From NCBI GenBank assembly GCA_046757665.1, contig JBHHYO010000045.1, positions 1 through 22,455 of the forward strand: DNA of 22,455 nucleotides, in the 5' to 3' direction. Positions 8,917-16,933 of this stretch are shown piece by piece. The stretch is from Nitrospinales bacterium. Lineage in GTDB: Bacteria > Nitrospinota > Nitrospinia > Nitrospinales > JAJDAT01. The position numbers were made by a program, and so were the translations under genes. The notes beneath the pieces were generated by a model, which was given only the letters and a program-made list of their open reading frames with translations, was not told the origin of the DNA and did no database searches. Position 1 is the first letter of the stretch; each line of letters begins with the position of its first letter.

Positions 8917-9405
8917 ATGTTCCGGTCACGCATCAAAACTATTCACGGCTTTACCCTCATCGAAATCCTCAGCGTGATCGTGATCATGGGAATCGTTGCC
9001 GCCGTCGCCATTCCTTCGTTCAATCCTTCCGGCATCAATGTCGGCACCGCGGCGCAAACCATTGAAACCGACATTCGTTTCGTTCAGGAACTGGCCATGT
9101 CGAGGAATCCTCGAAATGTGGGAGAGATCGGCATCACCTTTACCGTCGGAAGCTCGTCTTATAGCATTGTCGATCCCGATACCGACCCCGACGTCAACAT
9201 CACGACCGGGGGAATATTTGACACCACCCGCACCCTGCCCGACGGTGTCACCATTATCAGCGCAAGCCCGTCAACGAGGATTTCTTTCAACAAGTTTGGC
9301 GAACCCGAGACGGGGGCGGCCAACTTTGTGCTCCAGATCGATGCGGATGGCGAAACGAAAACCATTACCGTGGAGCAACATACCGGGAAGGTGTCGATTT
9401 CATGA
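8917..9405 (+). CDS. Type IV minor pilin/pseudopilin (FimT/GspH/MshC-like)
   Basis: Class III signal HG|FTLIEILSVIVIMGIVAAVAIPSF; C-terminal ISFNKFGEP...ITVEQHTGKV typical of GspH/FimT. Confidence 0.88.
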   Translation: MFRSRIKTIHGFTLIEILSVIVIMGIVAAVAIPSFNPSGINVGTAAQTIETDIRFVQELAMSRNPRNVGEIGITFTVGSSSYSIVDPDTDPDVNITTGGIFDTTRTLPDGVTIISASPSTRISFNKFGEPETGAANFVLQIDADGETKTITVEQHTGKVSIS

Positions 9406-9941
9406 GTCTTAAAAAAACAATCCTTATGCCGGGCGCAACCCGTACATCCTTCTTCAACCGTCATTGCGAGGCGACAGCCGAAGCAATCCAGAAGGGGCCC
9501 ATTCCCACCGGGCGTGGCCCGGCTGGATCGCCACGCCGCTGGTGGCGGCTCGCGATGACATCTGCGGGCGATGCCACCGGATACGGCAGACGCGGCACTC
9601 ACGGCTTCACCCTGGTAGAAATCATTCTCGCCATTGTGATCATCGGAATTTCGGTGCCCGCGTTCGTCACCGCTTTTTCGAGTATGAAGGCGGGCAAAAA
9701 CCCGGAATTCGCCGTGCAGGCTTCTTTCCTGGCGCAGAAATATATGGAAAACCTGACGTCTGCCTCCTGCGCCGGCATTCCGGCGACGGATGGAGCTTAC
9801 ACGCTAACCTGCGCCACGGTGGACGTTACCGCGCTGGACCCGGACAATGCGGGCACACCGGTTTTCGCCAAAAAGCTGACCCTCACCATCGGACGAACCG
9901 ATGGCGAGATGTCTCCCATGGACTTTTTCACCCTGTTTTAA
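9402..9941 (+). CDS. Type IV minor pilin (PilV/MshD-like) with an unusually long leader containing a palindromic element; alternative start at 9555
   Basis: HG|FTLVEIILAIVIIGISV begins at residue 69; QASFLAQKYME motif. ATGA overlap with the upstream stop supports the 9402 start. Confidence 0.85.
   Translation: MSLKKTILMPGATRTSFFNRHCEATAEAIQKGPIPTGRGPAGSPRRWWRLAMTSAGDATGYGRRGTHGFTLVEIILAIVIIGISVPAFVTAFSSMKAGKNPEFAVQASFLAQKYMENLTSASCAGIPATDGAYTLTCATVDVTALDPDNAGTPVFAKKLTLTIGRTDGEMSPMDFFTLF
9460..9559. repeat. Palindromic MITE/RPE-like element, copy 1 (in frame within the prepilin leader)
   Basis: Terminal inverted repeats GTCATTGCGAG / CTCGCGATGAC, internal GAAGCAATCCAG ... CTGGATCGCCAC arms; shares long identical blocks with 11885-11964. 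Confidence 0.85.
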
Positions 9942-9977
9942 GGACCAATAATTTTCCCTTGGAAAGGATCAACGGTT

Positions 9978-10508
9978 TTGCGTAGCGACAAGGGGTTTAC
10001 CCTCATTGAAATGATCATCGCCATCGTGCTGATCGCCATTTTGGGAACGTTTTCCATCGGCTTTCTGAAGAACCTGATGCTGTCGACTCAACTGAGCGCC
10101 GGCCAAAAGGACCTGGTGGACGAGGCCAAACTGGCCATGGAGTTCCTGACCCGCGAACTGCGCTTCGCCGACGAAACGCTACACTCCGTCCAGTGCGGGC
10201 CGAACCCGGTGCCTCCTTACAATTTCGATTGCGTTTCCGGCGCCAGCACGAGTTACGATACGATAACCTTTGACAAACTGTTTGGGCTGGCACAGGATAC
10301 CAACAAGACGGCCATCAGATATTCGTTCGATACGGTGACCGGGACCCTGAAGCGCACCAGCGGCGGGGTTACGACGACTCTTGCCACCCACGTCAGCTCT
10401 TTCTCAATAACCGAACCCTCGGACGGTTTCTATATCATCAAAATGACGTTGCAAGGGTCCGAGGGCGAAAACTTTTCACTGGAGTCGGCGGTTCGCCTGA
10501 GAGCCTGA
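9978..10508 (+). CDS. Type IV minor pilin (PilW/GspJ/MshO-like)
   Basis: TTG start with AAGGA upstream; KG|FTLIEMIIAIVLIAILG; AMEFLTRELRFA; C-terminal TLATHVSSFSI...LESAVRLR. Confidence 0.88.
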   Translation: MRSDKGFTLIEMIIAIVLIAILGTFSIGFLKNLMLSTQLSAGQKDLVDEAKLAMEFLTRELRFADETLHSVQCGPNPVPPYNFDCVSGASTSYDTITFDKLFGLAQDTNKTAIRYSFDTVTGTLKRTSGGVTTTLATHVSSFSITEPSDGFYIIKMTLQGSEGENFSLESAVRLRA

Positions 10509-10515
10509 TCAAATT

Positions 10516-11820
10516 ATGCACCGGTTTCTTGAAAAATTCCGCGGTTCATATTTAAGGAACGACCAGGGCATCGCCGCTCTCATGGGCGTCATCATCGCCC
10601 TGGTGATCGTTGCCACCCTGGCCTTTGGTTTCTGGGCGGAAGTCCAGCAGAAACAGGCCGGCGGCGCGGTGAGCTACACCTCCACCAATGCCTTTCTCCT
10701 GGCCGAGGCGGGGATCCGTTACGCCGAGAAATGTATCCTGGCCAGTAATCCCGTGAACGGCTCCGGTTGTGCCTGCGGCGATCTGGGGTGCACCTGCAAT
10801 TCGACGAACGGATGCGTGATCGACAACACCTTGAACTCGGTCACCATCAACAAAACATTCGGCAATGGCCGGGGGAGCTTTCATGTCGTCTTTCTCGTCG
10901 GCACGAGTAGCTTCGCCACGGCGACGTCCGTCGGCACCTTTGCCGGCGCGCAACGCGAGTTTAAAAAGGTGCTTTGCCTGGAGGCGGGTTGTCCCTTGTC
11001 GGAAAGCCCGATTACGGCCTGCACCAAACTGGAAATCTCCAACAACGCCAGTAGCAATGTCCCCATTCCCGACCCGCCGCCGGTCTGCCCGGACCCGCCC
11101 CTGGTCGATCCCCTGGTTTTCCCGGAAGACCCCGCCGGTTGCCCCAATGCGGCCTTTCCCGATTTCATTCAGGCGACGACGCCCTCGGGCCACCTGATGC
11201 CGCCGGACGGCAACGGCTTTCAGGAACTGATCCCTTCCGCGACCAGCCCGGACAAGTTTCAGTATTGCAACATGACCATCAGCGGTAGCGCCAAGGTCAA
11301 AACTCCGTCGAACACCATCATCTGGGTCGGCAAGGATTTTAAACTCAAAAACAACGCCGTCTTTTTGGGCAACGGCACCGTGGAGGTCAACGTCGGGCAA
11401 AAAGCGGAATTGAAAAACGTGTCCGACGTCAGAGCCGCCGACGGCGGTTCCGTGACGATTCATACGGACGGGGACTTCGTCATGAAAAACTCGTCGGGAG
11501 CAAATAACGTAGGCGACGGCGTGGGAACACCCGACCCCGATCCCGCAAGCTTGATCGTCCTGGTGGGCAATAACGCGAAAATAAAAAATTCCGCGACTTT
11601 GATCGGCGCCATTATCGCCAATAACAAAATCGAACTGGACAACAACGCCTTACTCAACGGTTCGATTATGGCGGATCAGGTTGAGTTGGAGAGCAATGCC
11701 ACCATCATTTTTTCACCCACGGCCGGCTCCGGAGCGGCCGGGATCGTATCCTGCAAAAGTGGAAGCTCCAGCGGTGGCGGCGGCGGTGGCGGATGTCCCA
11801 CCGTACGGTTTGTCCCATAA
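10516..11820 (+). CDS. PilX/MshP/GspK-like minor pilin with an appended Cys-framed beta-solenoid domain
   Basis: NDQG|IAALMGVIIALVIVATL (no Glu at +5, as in PilX/GspK), PilX motif AFLLAEAGIRYA, TSVGTFAGAQR; the C-terminal half has KLKNNAVF/ELKNVSDV/KIKNSATL/ELDNNALL repeats; 14 Cys. Confidence 0.85.
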   Translation: MHRFLEKFRGSYLRNDQGIAALMGVIIALVIVATLAFGFWAEVQQKQAGGAVSYTSTNAFLLAEAGIRYAEKCILASNPVNGSGCACGDLGCTCNSTNGCVIDNTLNSVTINKTFGNGRGSFHVVFLVGTSSFATATSVGTFAGAQREFKKVLCLEAGCPLSESPITACTKLEISNNASSNVPIPDPPPVCPDPPLVDPLVFPEDPAGCPNAAFPDFIQATTPSGHLMPPDGNGFQELIPSATSPDKFQYCNMTISGSAKVKTPSNTIIWVGKDFKLKNNAVFLGNGTVEVNVGQKAELKNVSDVRAADGGSVTIHTDGDFVMKNSSGANNVGDGVGTPDPDPASLIVLVGNNAKIKNSATLIGAIIANNKIELDNNALLNGSIMADQVELESNATIIFSPTAGSGAAGIVSCKSGSSSGGGGGGGCPTVRFVP

Positions 11821-11826
11821 AAAATT

Positions 11827-11854
11827 GTAGAAAACAGACGTACCTGTTCTCTAC
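11827..11854. repeat. GTAG...CTAC REP-like palindrome
   Basis: GTAGAAAACAG-acgtac-CTGTTCTCTAC: 11-bp arms with one mismatch, starting with the GTAG tetranucleotide, 6 bp after the pilX-like stop. Confidence 0.55.
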
Positions 11855-11884
11855 GAGACCTGTGCCTAGGTATTCTTGGTCGAC

Positions 11885-11964
11885 TGTCATTGCGAGGAGG
11901 TTCAGCCGACGAAGCAATCCAGAAGGCTGGATCGCCACGCCGCCGGTGGCGGCTCGCGATGACA
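11885..11964. repeat. Palindromic MITE/RPE-like element, copy 2 (intergenic)
   Basis: TGTCATTGCGAG ... GAAGCAATCCAG-aagg-CTGGATCGCCACGCCGCCGGTGGCGG ... CTCGCGATGACA; same family as 9460-9559. Confidence 0.85.
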
Positions 11965-12159
11965 CCGATGGCGGCAAAGAATCTCGGGTTAAGCAAAGCT
12001 CTCGTTCTCTACAGGGCCTGTTTCCTGCCAAAACGGTTTTTCCCTCATCGAAATTTCTTTGGTTTTTTCCCGGTCCCGCTGGAAAAACGCGCCGCCTTTG
12101 GGTACAATGCAAACCGTGAGATGGACGACAACCCTTTGATTTTTCTGCGCTAGCTTAAA

Positions 12160-13923
12160 ATGAAAATCCAACTCCCCCTCATGGGCGATAAAAAAAGCAA
12201 AAGAATCGTCGGTCTGGATATAGGATTTCACTCCATTAAAGCCGTGGAATTGATTGACCGCGAGTCCGAATTCGAAATCGTCCGTTTTGCTATTAAGGAA
12301 ATTCCCAAAACGGTACTGGGGCAAAAGAACCGCGCCGAGGCGCTCGGCAAGTTTGTCAAACAAATGTTTGCGGAAAGCAAAATTTCCGCCGACATGGTTT
12401 ACCTGTCCGTCAGCGGCCACAACGTCGTCATCCGCCAGGTGGAGTTGCCCAAAATGCCGCCGGAGGAATTGATCGACGCCACACGCTGGAACGCCCGCGA
12501 GGAAGTCCTGTTCCCGCTGGAAGAAGCCGCCGTCGATTATTACATCATGGGCGAAATCGAAAAGGAAGGCGCCGACTATTACCAGTTGCTGAGCGTAATC
12601 GTCCGCGCCGACATCATTCCCTTTCTCGTGTCCATTGCCAAAAGCGCCGGACTGAAATCCTGCGGAGTCACCATTATCCCGATTGCGTTGTGGGATTATG
12701 ACCGCGTCGCCAACCATCCGCAACCCGATGACGTCACCTGTTACATTGACATGGGGGCAGAGCGCACCCGGGTGTATTTCGTCGCCGGGGAAAAACTGCT
12801 GTTCTCCCGGGAAATTCCCAACGGCGGAAAAAACATCACCACCGCCCTGGTTGGAGAATATGCCCTTGATGGCGGCGACACGATTACCATCGATGAACTC
12901 CGCGCCGAGGAAATCAAAAAGAAACACGGCCTGCCGCCGGAGGATTCCCCGGACAAAACCCAGGAAGGCATTCCCCTGACGCAAATCCGCGACCGCGTCC
13001 TGCCCCTGGTCACCCGGCAGACCGAGGAAGTTCAACGTTCCGTCGATTACTTTAAAAACCGGTACAAAGTGGATACGGTGCACCGCATCATTCTCTCCGG
13101 CGGGGCGGTGAGCTTGAAAGGCTTGTACCAGTTTCTTGCCAGTAACGTGGATATCACCATTGATCGGTGTAACGCCCTGATGCAGTCCTCCCCGCCCTTG
13201 AAGTCGGTTTCGACGGAGGACGTCAAACTGCTCGGCCCCAGCCTGACCACGGCGGCGGGACTGGCCATCGGGCGTTGCGACAAGATCAACGTCCTGCCGG
13301 AGGAATTTCGCTACTCGCTCAAAAAAACATTGATCAAATGGGCTCCCTTCTCCGCCCTGCCGATCCTCCTCATTGCCATGTTGGTATTCAGCATCAGTTA
13401 TCGCGGAAGCATCGCAACCAAACAGAAGCTTCTGCAAGAAAAACAAAAAATCTCCCAGGCACTCCAGGTGAAAGTCGTTGCCGCAAAAACACTGCGGGAG
13501 GACCTGGATCAATTGAAAGCTCTGCAACGACAGTTGCAAAAGGAAAAAAGTCAGTTGCCCCGCGTTTCCAATCCCGTCGATTTGCACCGCGTGCTGAGTG
13601 AACTTTCCCGTCTCACCCCGAGCAACACCTCCCTGAGCAAATTGTCCTATATCGTAAAAAACGCCGGCAGAACCCGGGGCGCCGGTGCACAGCAAGGATG
13701 GATTTTCCTGGAGGGAATTATTTTCGACAATGAAGTGAAAGTCCTGGATACCCTGACCGGGTTTCTGAATCAATTGAAAAACTCCCCGGTTTTCAAAGAA
13801 GTCAAGCTGGAAAGATCCCAGGCCATCGACGCGAAACTGTATACCAGCCCGGGTTTGAGTTTCAACCTGTCTCTTTTGCCCGTCTCCCGGAAGGAAGACG
13901 GTATCCGCGAGGCTCGGCGGTAA
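12160..13923 (+). CDS. pilM: PilM-PilN fusion (type IV pilus alignment complex; MshI-like position)
   Basis: Actin-like fold motifs VGLDIGFHSIKAVEL, YIDMGAERT, SREIPNGG and IILSGGAV, then the PilN signature INVLP, a TM helix, a coiled coil and a PilN-like periplasmic domain (LSELSRLTP...LKNSPVFKEV). Confidence 0.88.
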   Translation: MKIQLPLMGDKKSKRIVGLDIGFHSIKAVELIDRESEFEIVRFAIKEIPKTVLGQKNRAEALGKFVKQMFAESKISADMVYLSVSGHNVVIRQVELPKMPPEELIDATRWNAREEVLFPLEEAAVDYYIMGEIEKEGADYYQLLSVIVRADIIPFLVSIAKSAGLKSCGVTIIPIALWDYDRVANHPQPDDVTCYIDMGAERTRVYFVAGEKLLFSREIPNGGKNITTALVGEYALDGGDTITIDELRAEEIKKKHGLPPEDSPDKTQEGIPLTQIRDRVLPLVTRQTEEVQRSVDYFKNRYKVDTVHRIILSGGAVSLKGLYQFLASNVDITIDRCNALMQSSPPLKSVSTEDVKLLGPSLTTAAGLAIGRCDKINVLPEEFRYSLKKTLIKWAPFSALPILLIAMLVFSISYRGSIATKQKLLQEKQKISQALQVKVVAAKTLREDLDQLKALQRQLQKEKSQLPRVSNPVDLHRVLSELSRLTPSNTSLSKLSYIVKNAGRTRGAGAQQGWIFLEGIIFDNEVKVLDTLTGFLNQLKNSPVFKEVKLERSQAIDAKLYTSPGLSFNLSLLPVSRKEDGIREARR

Positions 13924-13929
13924 TCTATT

Positions 13930-14517
13930 ATGGAAACCCCGAAGATCGATTTTAAAAAACTGGCTCCCAGGGAAATTGCCATCCTGATGCTCACCGTTGC
14001 CACCGGCTTGGGGTTTGCCTATTACACGTTCGAATACCAGCCCCAGGCAAAAAGAATGAAAACCATAGATACCAAATTGAAAAAAGTGGAATCCACCATC
14101 CGGTCGTTCAAGTCGGCCATTCCCTCGCCGGCGCAAGTCAAACGCACCGAAAGGCAAATGGAGCAGGTGGACAGGGAAATCACCAAACTCGAAGTCGAAA
14201 TCAAGGCCATCAAAGACAACATGCGTGGAAGGGAAGTGGACGTCCTCGATGAACTTCGGCGGGAAGCCGAACTCAACGGCGTTACTTTGGAATCCGTCAC
14301 CACCGAGGAGAAAACAGTCACCCGGGGAAAGGTGACCTATAAAGAAGTTTCCCTGGTTCTGAAAATTCAGGTCCACTATTCTTCCATCGGCAACTTTATC
14401 GCCGCCCTGGAGAAGATGCCGGCGATAATTTCCCTCAAAAGCATGAAGACGTTCAGAAAAGAAGATATCCTGCCGCGTGTTGAGGCTTTGATCAATGTTG
14501 AACTGTCGGTGCTTTAA
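13930..14517 (+). CDS. pilO: PilO/GspM/MshJ-like protein
   Basis: LAPRE followed by a TM helix, coiled coil and ferredoxin-like C-terminus (YSSIGNFIAALEKMPAII); directly downstream of pilMN. Confidence 0.8.
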   Translation: METPKIDFKKLAPREIAILMLTVATGLGFAYYTFEYQPQAKRMKTIDTKLKKVESTIRSFKSAIPSPAQVKRTERQMEQVDREITKLEVEIKAIKDNMRGREVDVLDELRREAELNGVTLESVTTEEKTVTRGKVTYKEVSLVLKIQVHYSSIGNFIAALEKMPAIISLKSMKTFRKEDILPRVEALINVELSVL

Positions 14518-14518
14518 A

Positions 14519-15010
14519 ATGATCTGCGGGAATCATGGGATGCCGTGCGTGCGCGCGTTTTTTGCCGTAGCGGCACGCGGCGGATATTTGGCGATCTGGT
14601 GTCTTGCGGCCGCGGTGATTCTCCTTCCCGGCACGTGCCCGGCCCAACCCGCTGGAGAGGCCGCCCTGCCGCCCGAAACCGCCGCTCCACCGCCGGAAAC
14701 CCCCACCGCGCCGAGAAATCCCTTTTCGCTCCCCAAGGGCGTGTACCTCAGTTCCCTGGCCCCCGTGAAGAAAGAGCCGCCGCCTGTCGAGGAATTCGGC
14801 TTTGTCCTGCAAGCCATTGTCATTGGCGACAAGGGGAAAGTGGCGACCATCAACAACCAAAACGTCCGCGAAGGCGACCTGATTTTCGACAAGAAAATCC
14901 TGGAGATCAAAAAAAATCAGGTGATCCTGCGCGACGAAAAAAAGAATGAAGACATCACACTGACTTTGGGCTCCATCCCCTTTCCCATTCGCGTCAGAAA
15001 GGGATTCTGA
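14519..15010 (+). CDS. MshK/PilP-like small pilus assembly protein (start uncertain: 14519 or 14540)
   Basis: Hydrophobic signal, Pro-rich linker, RNPF motif and LQAIVIG..KVATINNQNVREGD...ILEIKKNQVIL, typical of MshK/PilP/GspC-HR-like domains; lies between pilO and the secretin. Confidence 0.72.
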   Translation: MICGNHGMPCVRAFFAVAARGGYLAIWCLAAAVILLPGTCPAQPAGEAALPPETAAPPPETPTAPRNPFSLPKGVYLSSLAPVKKEPPPVEEFGFVLQAIVIGDKGKVATINNQNVREGDLIFDKKILEIKKNQVILRDEKKNEDITLTLGSIPFPIRVRKGF

Positions 15011-15121
15011 CCCGGAGTCGCGGGTCGGCGCGCAATCGAACCCCCACCCCCTGGATACCCCAGGCATGAGAACGCGGCCAACCCCGCCAAACGCCCGTGG
15101 TCGCCATCCTTTGCGGGCAGG

Positions 15122-15187
15122 ATAAAACATTAGACTAATTTAGTATTTTATTGTATATTAATTTCGTTAAAATTTAATTAAATTACA
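15122..15187. promoter_or_regulatory. AT-rich putative promoter/operator region upstream of the secretin
   Basis: Strongly AT-rich stretch in GC-rich surroundings, containing the perfect palindrome AATTTAATTAAATT (15171-15184) and ACTAA-T-TTAGT (15134-15144). Confidence 0.45.
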
Positions 15188-15202
15188 TGGTGGTTCTCCC
15201 CT

Positions 15203-16888
15203 GTGATTCCTTCTCTTCAAAAAGCCATAACCGGAACATTGTTTCTGATATTTCTTGGAGCCATAGGCTCCTGCGCTTTTCCCAAAGCGTTCGAGCAAAC
15301 CGACGCTCAACCGCAGGCGGCTTCTCCCCAGGCAACTCCTCCCATGGAAAACCTGGTCGAAACCCAGCAATCCCCTCCCCAGCTTGCCAAGGAGGACAGG
15401 CCGTCCGGACTGGTTCTCACGCAGAGCGATATGACGCCGAAATCGCAACGCACCAAACAACAGCGTTTTACCGTCTCCGCGCAAGACGTGGAAGTGCAAA
15501 CCATTCTTTTCTCCCTGGCTCAGGAAATCGACCAGAACATTCTGATCGACCCCGCCGTCAATCAACGGGCCTCCGTGGATTTAAAAGATGTCACATTGGA
15601 GGAAGCCCTGGACGGGTTGCTGACCCCCCTGAAGCTGACGTACGAGTTTGACGGCAATTTCATTCGCGTCCGGCCGTTGCGCATGGAAACCCGGACGTTC
15701 ACCCTGAATTACATCATTTCCCAGCGGCAGGGTAGCAGTAACCTGGAATCCTCCAGCGGCTCGGAATTGACGGGCGGCGGGATTTCCGGCGGCGGCTCCT
15801 CCAGTTCCGGAAACACCCGGGCGACCAGTAGCATTGTGTCCCAGGAGGAAGCCAACATCTGGAAGGAAATCGAAAACGGTCTGGAACAAATCATCGGCGT
15901 TGCCGGCCAGGGGACGCCGTCCGGTCCAACTTCGACGACAGGCACGTCCGGCGCCTCGGCGTCCGCCCCAGTGATTGCGAGCGCCGGGTTTTTCGCCATC
16001 AACAAGCAGTCGGGAGTGATTGTCGTCAGAAGTTTTCCCGACACGTTAATGCAAGTGGCGGAGTTCCTGGAGGCGGTGGAGGGCTCCTCGCACCGTCAGG
16101 TATTTATCCAGGCCAAAATCCTCGAAATCAATTTGAAGGACGAGTACCAGCTCGGAATCGACTGGCAAACGGTCAGCCCCATTAATGTGCTGAGTGAAAC
16201 CACCTCCAATTTCGGCAACGCCGACGCCGCGAGCACGGTACTCCAGGGCGCCGCCGGGCTTACCTACGGCCTCAGCAATTCCAAGGTGAACCTGGTGATC
16301 GACGCCTTGTCCGAGCAAGGCTCCGTGACCGTGTTGTCCAGTCCCAAGATCGCCACCCTGAACAACCAGCGCGCGGTCATTAAAGTGGGAACCGAGGATG
16401 TGTTCTTTATCCCGACGGTCAGCCCGGCGAGCCAGAACCAGGCCGCCTTCACCACCTTTCAGCCCAACACGGTCACCATCGGCATCATCCTCGACGTCGT
16501 GCCGCAGATCAGCGCCAACGGTATGGTGATGATGAGCATCAATACCAGTATTTCCGAAAAAGTGCGGGACGCCATTTCGCCGGACGGGAGGAACCGTGTG
16601 CCGGTTTTGGACGTGCGCGAGTCCAACAGTGTCGTTCTCGCGCAAAACGGACAGACCATCATTATCGGCGGCTTGATGAAAAACAAAAGCCAAAAAGAGA
16701 ACGACCGGCTTCCCATCCTGGGAGACATCCCTCTGCTGGGCCGCCTGTTCCAGAAGCAAAAGGATTTCTCCAACAAAACCGAACTGGTCATTATGCTGAC
16801 TCCCGAAGTCATGGTCGGCAGAAAGATCGACGACCGCTTCATGGCCGAAAAGAACCATCTCGAGGAACTGGGATATACCGTCAACTAA
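15203..16888 (+). CDS. mshL: Secretin, MshL-like (possible lipoprotein)
   Basis: GTG start; lipobox-like IGSC; STN-like domain (ASVDLKDVTLEEALD), ETRTFTLNY, Ser/Gly-rich linker, QVFIQAKILEI..LGIDW, LSSPKIATLNNQRA, IIIGGLM, LPILGDIPLLGRLF and KTELVIMLTP. Confidence 0.88.
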   Translation: MIPSLQKAITGTLFLIFLGAIGSCAFPKAFEQTDAQPQAASPQATPPMENLVETQQSPPQLAKEDRPSGLVLTQSDMTPKSQRTKQQRFTVSAQDVEVQTILFSLAQEIDQNILIDPAVNQRASVDLKDVTLEEALDGLLTPLKLTYEFDGNFIRVRPLRMETRTFTLNYIISQRQGSSNLESSSGSELTGGGISGGGSSSSGNTRATSSIVSQEEANIWKEIENGLEQIIGVAGQGTPSGPTSTTGTSGASASAPVIASAGFFAINKQSGVIVVRSFPDTLMQVAEFLEAVEGSSHRQVFIQAKILEINLKDEYQLGIDWQTVSPINVLSETTSNFGNADAASTVLQGAAGLTYGLSNSKVNLVIDALSEQGSVTVLSSPKIATLNNQRAVIKVGTEDVFFIPTVSPASQNQAAFTTFQPNTVTIGIILDVVPQISANGMVMMSINTSISEKVRDAISPDGRNRVPVLDVRESNSVVLAQNGQTIIIGGLMKNKSQKENDRLPILGDIPLLGRLFQKQKDFSNKTELVIMLTPEVMVGRKIDDRFMAEKNHLEELGYTVN

Positions 16889-16933
16889 ACCAAAGGCCGG
16901 AAGGCCCCAAAACCGGCGGCCGGCAAGGACAAC

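Noticed and set aside
7375-11754. Shufflon/invertible segment swapping domains between the inverted paralogs
   Set aside because: Similarity is at protein level with only short DNA matches; no recombinase gene or conserved inverted crossover sites seen.
9460-11964. CRISPR repeats or integron attC sites
   Set aside because: Only two long, widely separated copies; no regular repeat-spacer periodicity, no RYYYAAC/GTTRRRY ends, and no cas or integrase gene.
11989-14376. 795-aa antisense ORF over pilMN/pilO (likewise 10552-11463, 16046-16858, 18508-19533)
   Set aside because: Antisense shadows of well-supported genes with no independent coding signal.
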